Shown piece after piece: positions 1 through 12,200 of a stretch of 64,000 nt of DNA. The number at the start of each line of letters is the position of its first letter. Positions within the stretch are counted from its first letter, which is position 1. The stretch comes from Azolla caroliniana. Lineage: Eukaryota > Plantae > Polypodiophyta. The position numbers were made by a program, and so were the translations under genes. The DNA lies in assembly GCA_043228905.1 (NCBI GenBank), contig JBHGNT010000014.1, positions 930,001 through 994,000 on the forward strand, given 5' to 3'. The notes under the pieces were generated by a model. That model saw nothing but the letters and a program-made list of their open reading frames with translations, was not told the DNA's origin and did not search any database.

Positions 1-1467
1 AGAAAGAGTTGGAGCTTTAGCATTGCTTTCTTCTTCATACTGCCAAAGTTTTTCCCATGAACGAGATACCCCATGTCTATTCAGATGTGTTCTTCTGTTA
101 ATGACATTGTTCCGACTAAATGTATTGTTTGTACAAGCCCTCCCAACGCTACTTGCTTCCCTGAGTTCATCAGACGCTGCTTTGAGCATGTTTGTGGATG
201 GCCAACCTGAAGTGGAAGGAAAGTTCTCCATGATGAGGATATCAGCATTTTCTTCTTCTAATTTGGCAAGGTCTAATACAGAAGTGTAGAGTTGAGTATG
301 ATCTCTGCCCTCATTTGGTGTGAATCCAATGTGATTAGCAGAAGTTTCACTCTCTTCAATACCCAAATTAGTATCGCTTGAATTTCCATTCAGTGTGAAA
401 CTGTGGTTAGTAGCACACTTCCCTTCTTGGATGCCTGAATTAGTATCTCTCAAATCTAATTCCTGTTCGAAACTCAAGAGAGCATCATCTTGTGCAGTAA
501 CCAATCCAGACTCATACTTGTCCTCTCTAAAAAGCCTCATTCTGTAATGACCTGAATCCTCCCCTGCATCATAACACTCATATATAGTCATTTATTTTCA
601 AGTAACATTTTGAGGGCCTATTTCTAAGCAAAAGGCATTAAGATGATCGTCTTTCCTTACACAACATGAGACGTCCCTTGCATTAAAAAAATTCATTTCT
701 ATCTTTTTTATAGCAATGGAAGCATCAGTTTAAGGATCAAACACCATGTAAAATGCATTAACATGAACCATATTCCAGTATATGGCATGAGACTTGCTCT
801 GCATCAGAGAACTCATTTGTGCTCATCTTTCCAGGAATGCAGGAATCAATTTTAGGACGCTTTTCCATGTAAAATGCATCCATATGAATATATTCTGCCA
901 TATGATATGAGACGACCGGTGCACCCAAACATCCATTTCCAGTCATATCTGCTTCACTAAAAGTGTCATTTTTAATGACCAATCTTTATGTGAAAGTGCA
1001 TAGATATGACAAAGTTCTATTGTGGATCAAAACATTCATTCCTATTCATCTTACCCTTACTGGAATTCCCACCCGAGTCCTGACCCATTTCCAAGAAAAC
1101 AATGCATAGATATGAACATATTCTACGATATGCGTAACACCAGCACTCGTTCTAGTCATCTTAAATGCAAAGATATGCAAATTTCCTCCGCTGTCTAAAT
1201 TCTTCCACGAATATGATTTTAAACCAGAAATTTTGACATACCATTCGGAAAGAGAGGAATTGGGTGACCTGATTCATGTTTCAATGTAGGGGTTAAAGGC
1301 AGATTATCCTTCTTGATGTGGGTTTTAGAGGGATTTGCTTGAGCTTTCTCCAGTATGTGAAGGAACAGAGTATTTTGAGACTGCCGCTGAAGAAGAGATG
1401 TATGAGGCTGAAGGTCATCTGGAAGAACACTGCAGAGAGGAGAATGAAGAAAATCCATAATCCTCAT
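1..1467 (-). pseudogene. Degraded coding sequence for an unknown protein with ~40-aa internal repeats; 591..1 is an open frame running off the window
   Basis: The minus frame from ATG 591 is stop-free for 197 codons (MTIYECYDAGEDSGHYRMRLFREDKYESG...). Upstream pieces (758-982, 1219-1467) continue it through stops and frameshifts and share a repeated VS-x5-6-H-x2-AF motif. Confidence 0.4.
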
Positions 1468-1554
1468 CTTCCTTCTCCTTCTCCTTCTCCTTCTTGCTTT
1501 CTTCCTTATGTGAAGATGTACTCAGAGTAAGAGTCAAATTTCAATACACACAAC

Positions 1555-1908
1555 ACACTAAGATAGGAATATGTTATATATGTATATGTATGTGTATGTG
1601 TATGTGTATATGGATATGTGTATGTGTATGTGTATATGTGTATGTGTATGTATGTGTATATGTGTATGTGTATGTGTATGTGTATGTGCATGTGTGTACA
1701 TATATGTATACAGTATGTCTATGTCTATGTCTATGTCTACACTAAGATAGGAATATGTTATATATGTATGTGTATGAGTATGTGTACGTGTATGTGTATG
1801 TGTATGTGTATGTGCATGTGCATGTGCATGTGCATGTGTGTATATGTATACAGTATGTCTATGTCTATGTCTATGTCTACACTAAGATAGGAATATGTTA
1901 TATATGTA

Positions 1909-1939
<31 letters not shown>

Positions 1940-1959
1940 GTGTGTATATGTATACAGTA

Positions 1960-2002
<43 letters not shown>

Positions 2003-2007
2003 GTGTG
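1555..2007. repeat. Higher-order microsatellite: three blocks of ACTAAGATAGGAATATGTTA plus (TATGTG)n/(CATGTG)n/(TATGTC)n
   Basis: The header motif recurs at ~1555, ~1739 and ~1879. Related blocks lie at 32760-32850 and 35070-35330. Confidence 0.9.
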
Positions 2008-2312
2008 TTTTGGTTCTATCTATCTATATCTATCTTTATCACGCTAGAAATAGAGAGAGACACAAAACGACCACACCAGATGTGTCACATGTGCTTTTTG
2101 GCCGCCCATCAACAAACAACGACAACGACAACGACAAGAGGACGCCTATATAAGAAAAGTGACTAAGAGAGTGCATACAAGTACGACAAACAGAACAAAC
2201 ACATACATTGCCTTTGATTCTTGTCACCTAAAACTTATCATAGATAGACATTATATATATATATATATATATATATATAGATATAGACCCAAACCCACAC
2301 CATCTTCTTATC

Positions 2313-3590
2313 ATGAAGAAGAAGATGATGATGCCAGTCCGGCAAGATCCCACCGCCATGATCGCGCTCGCCTTCACGCTCGCGCTCGCCGTATTGAAAT
2401 CATCAGCATTGACCCCACCTCCTCCTCCTCCGATGGCCCCTGACTCCCCTCCGGGCCTCCTCCTAGCTTCGGGCGCCCCGAGGCCTTTGTTTTGCGGCTC
2501 CTCCGACTTCACCACCATGTTCGCGCTCGGCGACTCCACCACCGACACCGGAAACGCCATCCATAGCCCCCAGCGCGCCGTCTTCCAGCTGGCGGCCCAA
2601 CCGCCCTACGGCTCCTCCTACTTCGCCCGCCCCACGGGCCGCTTCAGCGATGGCCGCATGATGGTGGACATCGTGACCCAAGCGCTCCACCGAGACTTGT
2701 TACCCCCGCATCTGGGCCTCTCCTCCAACCTCTCCCACGGAAGCCAGAACTTCGCGGTGGCCGGCGCCACCGCGCTGCCCGCCCCGGACCTCGCCCGGCT
2801 TGCCTCCGGCGCCGCCTCCGTCACCCCCTTCTCATTGGGCGTCCAGGTCTCATCGCTCCTCGGGGTAGACTTCGACGGCGACGCATTGGTCTTCGTGGGC
2901 GAGATCGGCGGCAACGACTACAATTACGCCTTCGCCAAGCGCCTCCAGCCCCCCCAAGTCATGGCCCTCGTCCCACACGTCGTCGCGGAGGTGGAGCGGC
3001 AGCTCAATCGCCTCCTATCATCCCAGCCGCGAGTGAAGAAGATGATCATCTTGGGCCAATTCCCCTTGGGTTGCATCTCTCTCTACCTCGGCCAGGCCGC
3101 CGCGAACAACACCACCAACAACAACATGACATTCCCTCTCGATAGCCACGGATGCATCGCGCCCATCAGCGCCGTGACCGACCTCCACGACAAGCTCCTC
3201 AAGCTCTCCGTGGCGGAGCTCCGCCGGAAGCACCCCCACGTAGAGATCGTGTTCTTCGACCTCGGGCCCGCGTATCTCGACGTGCTAGACCACGCCGCGG
3301 GCTTTGGGTTCTTGGAGACGGCGATGCCGTGCTACCTATCCGAGACACTCTTGCGGTTGTTACCGGGCATTGTTGGCCCAATGAGCAGCAGCGATGGTAG
3401 TTCCATGGCGGCTACTGTGACCGGTGGAGGCGGCAAAGTTTGTGCGCATCCGGCCAATTACTTTAGTTGGGACGGTATCCACCTAACCGACGCGATGCAC
3501 CGAGCCCTCGTGTCTCGCTTCCTCTACACGAGCCCTAGCGGCGGGTCGTATGCCGAGCCTCACCCCAACTTTCTTACACCTTGTGTTTAG
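2313..3590 (+). CDS. GDSL esterase/lipase (SGNH hydrolase), single exon, with signal peptide
   Basis: 425-aa ORF with FALGDSTTDTGN (block I), GRFSDGR, NFAVAGA, EIGGNDY (block III) and WDGIHLTD (DxxH). Hydrophobic N-terminus and TATA-like TATAT(A)AG near 2147. Confidence 0.93.
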   Translation: MKKKMMMPVRQDPTAMIALAFTLALAVLKSSALTPPPPPPMAPDSPPGLLLASGAPRPLFCGSSDFTTMFALGDSTTDTGNAIHSPQRAVFQLAAQPPYGSSYFARPTGRFSDGRMMVDIVTQALHRDLLPPHLGLSSNLSHGSQNFAVAGATALPAPDLARLASGAASVTPFSLGVQVSSLLGVDFDGDALVFVGEIGGNDYNYAFAKRLQPPQVMALVPHVVAEVERQLNRLLSSQPRVKKMIILGQFPLGCISLYLGQAAANNTTNNNMTFPLDSHGCIAPISAVTDLHDKLLKLSVAELRRKHPHVEIVFFDLGPAYLDVLDHAAGFGFLETAMPCYLSETLLRLLPGIVGPMSSSDGSSMAATVTGGGGKVCAHPANYFSWDGIHLTDAMHRALVSRFLYTSPSGGSYAEPHPNFLTPCV

Positions 3591-3705
3591 ACCGGACGCG
3601 TGTGCCGTGCCCCTGTCGTGGGGCCACGGTAATGCCACTACTGCCCACACCCTTGTCCATAGATAAATACACATAGTCCATATTATAAATAAGTGTTTGT
3701 AAACC

Positions 3706-3746
<41 letters not shown>

Positions 3747-4652
3747 TAGACAAATTAGATTCAGATATTATAGAGCATTTGGCTTCATCTTATTCGATGG
3801 GATGCGATGTCCCACGTGTTTGTTATTTTCACATTCATATGTCGGAGCTCCAGGTGCCGATATTTTAAGCATGTATGTTGTTTGTCTTTGTAATATAATA
3901 CAATGGTCTTGTAAGTAATACCATGCCTTGTCACATATGTACTACTGGTAATTGTTAGCATTGTACTTTGCAAGGATTGGATAATCAAGTATGTCTAAAA
4001 ACAAACAAAGCTTAGATGATTTTGATGAGTTCTGAGCATCTATGAGGTCAACTCTTATGAGAGGTACATATACCATCACAAGTTAACATATGTTCTTTCC
4101 CATGCCCAAAAAGATAGTTTGATTGCTAATCATGGTTGTCCAACATTGGATGTTTGGATTGTGTGATCCAATGTTCTTTTACTGTTCAGTATTCAGTTTT
4201 AGTGTGTCATAAAAGGCCTTGTGAGTTTGTTCACATGAACACGACCATAACAATAGTGACATGGAACATTACATGATGTTTTTTATATTCCTTCTTAATG
4301 AGGTGCGGGTGTGGGGTGTAGTAGGGGTGTGAAGGTTGCGTGAGATTCAAACCTAACTTATAGGTCATCGAGTTTGATTAAGTGCCCCCCCCCCCCCCAT
4401 TGTAACCCCATATGGATTAATATGATCTCTGTCTTTGCTCTTAACTCTTCACCATCGCCATCTTTACTTCTTTATCAACTCATAATCACACAAAGAGGAG
4501 CATATACTTCCAAGGTATTCACAAACAATGTATGTGCATATAAGCCAGAGCTCTCATCCACAAGTTGGCGAGCCACATGTGGCATGAACTGGACTAGAGA
4601 AAGATCAAAAGTCAATGGAATGGGATTGGCCTCCTCATATGCCCTATGACTC

Positions 4653-4895
4653 TGTTAAGCGAGCAAGCTCAACTAGAGCCGGATTGGACGAAGATTGATC
4701 GGCTAGGCCGGATCCACGGGGAGTCGGTTGGCCGTTAAGGTCTATATTTCTATTTTAGTAAAAACACGAATATTATAAGTTGTTAGTCTCAGGTTCCGTT
4801 AATGAGCATTCAAGTATTTATCAGTACTTGTGTCAGCCCACTCATTAGGACATGTATATAAAGTGCTCTCTGAGCACATTCGTTTGTACTGAGCA
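4653..4895 (+). mobile_element. Truncated copia LTR fragment
   Basis: Starts TGTTAAGCGAGCAAGCTCAAC, like the minus-strand LTR start at 23487 (TGTTGAGTGAGCAAGCTCAAC). Contains TATATAAA and has no CA end. Confidence 0.55.
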
Positions 4896-4899
4896 TTTT

Positions 4900-5770
4900 G
4901 AATTAGTTTGGAGAAAACAAACTATTTGAACTTGGAATTTCGGAAACAACAATAGCCCATTATTGATGTAAGTTCGTCGGCTAAAACACGAATGCTGAAA
5001 TGATATCTGTGTAACAATGTTGGCAAAATCTCAAAAGAACATTGAGGTATACGTATTGACATCTCGTAAATGAGAGCACGTCGAAGGGAAATATGTTGTA
5101 TACAAATTATCATTGTTTACGTAGTTATTTTGCTCATTAGTTAGCACATTCAATGCACTCGAATGATATAACAAACAAAGAGCAGAATTTATCATTGTAA
5201 ATTCTCAAATATGTCATCTCATTCTCATTTATGTTAAGACTCTTTCCATTCTTTTTCATTGAATGACGATTTTTTTAAGGCACTGCTCTACTATTCCTCT
5301 CATTTCTATTGTAATGGTTGTGAGTGCATGTGCTAAAAGGCCGATAAAAAGAGAAAATATGGTAGAAAAGGTCACAAAAGGATTATTCTTTATCTTTCAT
5401 TGATCAAATAGTCCCACTTCTAATCCATCTCTTCTCTATCTCCTTTTTCCGACCGTACACGTTGGGTAAGAAATATACATCCATTCCCCTTAACGTAGAA
5501 TACCCCTCTATTTTCCAAGTTCCAAAACATACTTGTCATTTTTCAAAATTCTCTTCAAATAATAGTTCTCTCCCTCAACACATTTTCCCCTCCTCTAGAA
5601 AACATTGGTGATAAACGAAAGAGAATGAGAAATTTGTCATTGGACATGCAATGTAGAGATATTGTAGAGAGTACTTTGAGAATTCCAAAAAATGAGTACT
5701 TTGGGAGGCGTAAATTTTGTAGAGAAAATGGTGGGTTAACTCATAATTGGATGTGTTAGGCATTGTGTGA
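4900..5770. repeat. Dispersed duplicate of 34045-34930
   Basis: Colinear similarity, from GTTTGGAGAAAACAAA to AATTGGATGTGTTAGGCATTGTG in both copies. Confidence 0.85.
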
Positions 5771-6776
5771 GCAGCCCTTGCATATTTGGCATAACAAAGA
5801 TTGTCTAATATTATGTTGAGGCACAACCTTGACAAATAACACACACACACACACACACAAATAAAAAAAACAGTATACTTGCAATGTGCTCATTAAAAAT
5901 GTGCACACGCATGCACACACGAGGGAAGCTTGAGTTTGGTGAGTTGGTTGGCAACATGTAGTATGATAAGATCGGTTTGTATTGGTGTCGTGAAATCCTT
6001 CTTGGTAAAGTGAGTGGATGGACAAGAGGGATTAATCAATGCAATCGATGACTCGTCCTAGGGTTCATCATGTAGGGTTTGGGAATGAGGATTATGATAT
6101 GAGGTTTGGAGTCTGGGATTTAGGCCTTTGCGATTACGTTTAGGGCTTTCAAGACATAAGGCATATTTCTCAATCCATTATTTTGCATACAATCTTTATC
6201 TGATTTGAGACGAGATGCGAAGATGGAGACAACAAATTACGTACAAGGAAATGGACGGTAAGTTATCTATCGGACGAGTTTTAGAGTTGGATCCAAAAGG
6301 ATCCTTGATGGCAACCCATGTGTGTGGTACACACACAAACTCTGACTTCAATGAATCAAATTGTACTAGACACCACCAAGGATGCAAGTGATGGTTATCT
6401 ACATAACAATATATATGGTACATGTGGAATGCAAAAACGCATATATGTGTGTGTGTGTGTTTTGATTCTATCTAGCTATCTATCTATCTACATCTATTTT
6501 GTGTTTCGATTCTATCTATCTTATCACCCTAGAAATAGAGAGAGAGACACACACAAAACGACCACACCAGATTTGTCGCATGCGCTTTTTGGCCGCCCCT
6601 CCAAACCCCCCAAAAACAACAAGAAGAGGACACGTATATAGGAAGAGTGAATAAGAGAGTGCGTACAAGTACGACAAATACACACACAACAAACACATAC
6701 ATTCTCTTGGATTCTTTTCACTTGAGATTTATCATAGATAGATATTATATAGACCCAAACCCACCATCTTCTTATA

Positions 6777-7272
6777 ATGAAGAAGATGATGGTGTCCTTC
6801 CGGCAAGCCATCGTCGTCACCCGCACTCGCCCTCGCCCTTGCCCTATTGAAATCATCGGCATTGACCCCACCTCCTCCGGTGGTGCTGGCCCCCGACTCA
6901 CTGGGCTTCCTGGCTTCGAGCACCCCCGAATGCCTTTGTTTTGCCACTCCGACTTCAGCACAATTTTCGCGCTTGGAGACTCCACCACCGACACTGGCAA
7001 CACCATCCATAGCCCCTGTGCGGCTTCTCCTACTTCGACCGCCCCACCGGCCACTTCAGCGATGGCCGCGTTATACTTGAACCTCTCGGCCCTTGCGCTC
7101 CACTGAGATGATGATGACGTGCTACCTATCGGAGACACTCTTGCGGTTGTTACCGGGCATTGTTGGCCCAATGAGCAGTGGTGGAAGTTCCATGGCGGCC
7201 ACTATGACCAGTGGAGGCGGCAAAGATTGTGCGCATCGAGCCAATTACTTTAGTTGGGACGGTATCCACATC
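6777..7272 (+). pseudogene. Internally deleted GDSL copy, part of a duplicate of ~2000-4360
   Basis: Keeps the promoter, FALGDSTTDTGN and CYLSETLLRLLPG...WDGIH but lacks block III and the C-terminus, and has frameshifts. Flanks match those of the 2313 gene. Confidence 0.88.
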
Positions 7273-7401
7273 CTTGTCCATAGACAAAAACACATAGTCC
7301 ATATTATAAATAAGTGTTTGTATATCTATGTATAGAGAGTAGACAAAGTAGATTCAGATATTATTCAACATTCGATTTTATCTTATTCGATCGGATGCGA
7401 A

Positions 7402-8387
7402 GCCCCACGTGTCTGTTATTTTCACATTCGGATGTCGGAGCTCTGGGTGCCGATATCTTATGCATGTATGTTGTTTGTCTTTGTAATATAATACAATCGT
7501 CTCGTTAATACAATGCCTTATCACATATGTACTAATGGTAATTGTTAGCATTATACTTTGCAAGGATTGCATAATCGGGTCTGTCTGTCTAAAAACAAAC
7601 AAAGCGTAGATGCTTTTGATGAGTTCTTAGCATGTATGAGATCAACTCTTATGAGAGGTATATATATCATGACAAGTTAACATATGTTCTTTCCCATGCA
7701 CAAATATTGTGTTGTGTAAAGGCGTCCCTCCTTGCGGGGGAGTCGGTCGAAAAGTCGACTTGAGTGTCGACTGGTCGAAATCGGCCGAAAAGCCGAAAAG
7801 AGTCGAATTACTGAAATCGGCCGAAAAACCGAATTACCGAATTTGGTCGAAATTCGGAAAGTAAAAGAATAGTCAGTTGCGAAGAACCGAATCGGCCCCA
7901 CGTGTCTGTTATTTTCACATTCGGATGTCGGAGCTCTGGGTGCCGATATCTTATGCATGTATGTTGTTTGTCTTTGTAATATAATACAATCGTCTCGTTA
8001 ATACAATGCCTTATCACATATGTACTAATGGTAATTGTTAGCATTATACTTTGCAAGGATTGCATAATCGGGTCTGTCTGTCTAAAAACAAACAAAGCGT
8101 AGATGCTTTTGATGAGTTCTTAGCATGTATGAGATCAACTCTTATGAGAGGTATATATATCATGACAAGTTAACATATGTTCTTTCCCATGCACAAATAT
8201 TGTGTTGTGTAAAGGCGTCCCTCCTTGCGGGGGAGTCGGTCGAAAAGTCGACTTGAGTGTCGACTGGTCGAAATCGGCCGAAAAGCCGAAAAGAGTCGAA
8301 TTACTGAAATCGGCCGAAAAACCGAATTACCGAATTTGGTCGAAATTCGGAAAGTAAAAGAATAGTCAGTTGCGAAGAACTGAATCG
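7402..8387. repeat. 493-bp near-perfect tandem duplication
   Basis: 7402-7894 matches 7895-8387, with one visible mismatch near the end (GAACCGAATC vs GAACTGAATC). Confidence 0.92.
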
Positions 8388-9027
8388 GGGGTTAGCTGAT
8401 CGAATTTGGTGAGAGAGTCAAATTCGTATTCAATCAAACAGACACACCCAGACACACATATACATATATACATATGTCTTCTACATTCAAAGAAGAAAAT
8501 GACTTAGTATATATATGCTGACAGGCCTGGTAGTGCGCCTGTATGTGGGATAACTCACTAAGAGTGAAAGAGTGAGAAAAGGGGAAAACCTACATAGCGT
8601 ATGTGAGGGTGTGAGATATATATATATGAGAGAAAAACGAGTTGTGTGTGTGTGGTAAATCTGAGAACGACTGGTTTTCTGCACAGTAGTGGCTGTGTAA
8701 GAGTATACGTACTCAGAAGCTAAGTAAGAAGAAAAGAAGTGTGAAGCAAAAGAGAAAAAGACAGAGAAGCTTCGGAAGCTTCGGAAGGAATAGTCACCTG
8801 CGTGCTAGAGTTTGAAGAGCTTGACTGAAATCGTGGTTTCAGTACATGCTCATACCAAATCAGGTTTCATTGTTCTGTGATTGTATTCTGTCATTTCTCA
8901 TAGTGAAATTTCTGTTCCGTGGTTTTTCCCTAAATCAGGGTTTTCCACGTAAATTGTGTGTTCTTTCTTATTTCCTGTTTGCGTCTAAGTTCAATTTCTG
9001 ATTTCGAATCGGAGTGAAACTCTTTCA
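8203..9027 (+). mobile_element. Solo LTR, copia-type
   Basis: TG...CA termini and 5-bp TSD TATTG (8198-8202, 9028-9032). Carries the U5-type motif CCGTGGTTTTTCCC...GGGTTTTCCACGTAAA. Confidence 0.85.
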
Positions 9028-9262
9028 TATTGTAACTTTGATTTCTTTAAATCATGGTTGTCAAACATTGGATGTTTGGATTGTGTGCTCCAATGTTCTT
9101 TTACTGTTATTAAGTATTCAGTTTTAGTCTCATAAAAGGCCTTGTAAGTTTGTTCACATGAACATGACCATAACAATATTGACATGGAACATTACATGAT
9201 GTTTTTTATATTCCTTCTTAATGAGTTGTGGGTGTGGGGTGGAGTAGTAGGGGTGTGGAGGT

Positions 9263-12200
9263 TGTTGGAAATTATAAGGAAAATAATACGAAGTAAAATA
9301 AACACTTATGACTGTTACGAACAATCACTTTTGTAAAAAGACACATTCGTTCTATAAAACTAAATATACACGCCTCGAGGAACCATAATTTTATCTATAT
9401 GTCTCTGTATTTTTTTATCTCTCCCTGTCTTTGTTTTCAACATGGTATCAGAGCAGGTTCCTTTTTTTTAGGTGACACCAAAATTCTCTCCACAGAAACA
9501 ACAGATAATATAATAGGCTAGAACTTTAGCCTCTTCTAAGACTTGCACAATCTTGTATTTTAAACAAACAAATCTCTCACAACCATGGCTCAAGCAACGC
9601 CTTCCTCATCCCAAAACTTTATGTATAGAAAAACTGCAATTAGCAAATTGAATAATACAAACTATAGAGTCTGGAGTAGCAAAACAACTCTCCTTTTCAA
9701 ACAACTAAAATTATGGGCAGTAGTTGAAGGCAAAGAAACACAACCCAACACATTAAACCCGAACTACCCCGCATGGGAAGAAAAAGATCTAGCAGCAAAG
9801 TTGGAAATCATGTCAAACTTGGAGGATCAACAAGCCGACGCAATCAGAAATTGCAGCACTGCAAATGCCATGTGGATCGACTTGAAGAACGAATTCGAAC
9901 CAACTACATATGGAAACCAGGTCATGACTCTAAACTCATTAGTCATTTTAAAAATGCACGAAGAAGATGAAATGAATGCATTTATAAACTCATGGAAACG
10001 CAAATTAGATGATTGTCTCATGTTTGGGGTAGAAATCGAGTCAAAGTTGCAAAGGCTTCTTTTATTAGGTGCACTACCACCATCTTGGAGCACTTTTGTG
10101 ACCACCCAAAACTTCAATACAAACACAACTCTCATTGACCTAATTAATTGTATACGACAAGAAGAAGCCATGAAAAAGGCACGTCAACCTGAACAAACAC
10201 AACACACATCAACAATGATAGCATACCGTGGAAAACAACCCTATCAAAACCAAAGAACAGAATATAGGCCTAGAAACTATCTTGACAATTCTAGACCACA
10301 AGTTGGAGGCATCATATTCTCACAAATTTTCTGCACCATCTGTAATAAATCTGGACACACAAACAATCAATGTAGGTTCGGACAAATGAAAAATAAACAA
10401 TCATATCAACGACCTAGATCTCGAGTAGAAGCCCACCTAACTGAAGAAATTTCAGAAAATGAGTCATACCCAACTGAAACAAATAATGAGGAAAATGATG
10501 ATGGTTATGATGACCTCCTGCAAGTTTTCCTTGCAGAAGATTCAACTCCAGAAATCAATACAAAACAACAACTAGACAACACTTGGTACTTCGATACTGG
10601 TGCCACCCATCACATGACAAATAATAAACAATCTATTAGAAACTATAACTCCGTACCCGTACCAATCCCTGTTGTGTTTGGTAATAATGGCAACCTAAAT
10701 GCCTTAAGAAAAGGAGACGTAAGCTTTTTCCTACAAGACAATCAACTCCTCACAGTAGACAATGTCTATTTTGTTCCTAGAATCATGAAAAATCTATTAT
10801 CAGTTTCTCAAGAAACAAAAAATGGTACCTCCATAAAATTCAAAGAAACATATGCACAAATTAAGCATAAGTCACCAAATGGATAGAAAATAAAGTACAT
10901 TTGTAGGCGCCTTGATAAAGGGCTTTATCACATTCCATGTCCACCAACACATGCAAACATAGAAGCACTTTATGCATCCATAAAAGAAAACCATGATCTT
11001 AGCATATTATGGCATCATAGACTCGCACCTATAAATTTACAAGCCATTAAAACTCTACAATCAAAAAACATGGTTATTGGTCTCCCTAAAGAACAATTCA
11101 CAACTTCTTTAGACCTCTGCGAAGGGTGTCTTCTTGGGAAGATGCCTCATCACTCTTTTCCACTACGACAAAGTATAAGTCGATTCCCATTGCAATTAGT
11201 CCATAGTGATCTTTGTGGCCCTTTCCCGACACCATCAATAACTGGATCACATTACTTCATCAGTTTCATAGATGACTATAGTAGATTCACTGTTATTACA
11301 TTTCTTAAGACAAAAAACCAAGCACTTCAAGCACTTAAAAATTACTCAACATTAGCTGAAAATATAACTAAAAGCAAAATACAATTTCTACAAACTGATG
11401 GAGGCGGCGAATACAATTCCAATGCCCTCATGGATTTTTGCAAATCTAAAGGAATTCACCATCGAAAATCAACACCACAAACTCCTCAACAAAATGGTAT
11501 TGCGGAAAGAAAAAATCGTAGCTTACTAAATGCTGCCCGTAGCATGCTAAATGCCGCAAACCTAGAGCCAAAATTCTGGGAGGAAGCGGTTGCAACCGCT
11601 TGTTACATTCAAAACAAAATTTATCACTGCTCGATTGGACTACATACACCTTTCGAAATGTGGTATGGCCACAAACCTCATTTACAAGACCTTAAAATAT
11701 TCGGATGTATTGCTTTCGCTTGTGTACTAGAAAACAAAAGAAACAAGTTAAATGCAAGAGCACAAAAATCCATCTTCGTTGGATATGGAGACGCACACAG
11801 TTACAAGGCCTACCGACTCTACAACCCAGTTACCAACAAATTTTTCTTCAGTCGAAGCATTATCTTCAACGAATTTGACATCCTAAAAAATCAGGACCAA
11901 AAATCAACAAATTCAAAAACCCTAATTAACAAACTTACTGCAGAAAATGGTGCAGCCCCCCAGCCAACCAACAGCACCATCCAATGGTGCCTTCCATCTG
12001 GGCCTCCATCACCGCAAGAACCATCAATCACCGATGGAACTCCCACACCTTCACAAGTCTCTTTTAATCTACTACCATCATCTTCAAAAGCCACGTCAGG
12101 CAACATTCCACCGCCAAACAGAGATCACGGCACAACCCACCACACTCCCGTTGTGTTCCCCACTCGTACCACTCCACCACCGCCGTCTCTTGAAGCCGCC

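Noticed and set aside
1494-2166. Cys/Met/Val/Tyr/His-rich ORFs (also 34964-35352)
   Set aside because: These are translations of hexamer microsatellites.
2313-3590. Bacterial horizontal transfer of the GDSL genes
   Set aside because: The motifs (PYGSSYF.RPTGRFSDGR, EIGGNDY, PLGC, YFSWDGIH) are plant-type. Lack of introns and high GC alone do not show transfer.
10884-10886. Programmed stop-codon readthrough in the copia
   Set aside because: The stop lies after the protease rather than at gag/pol, and the element has other disabling lesions.
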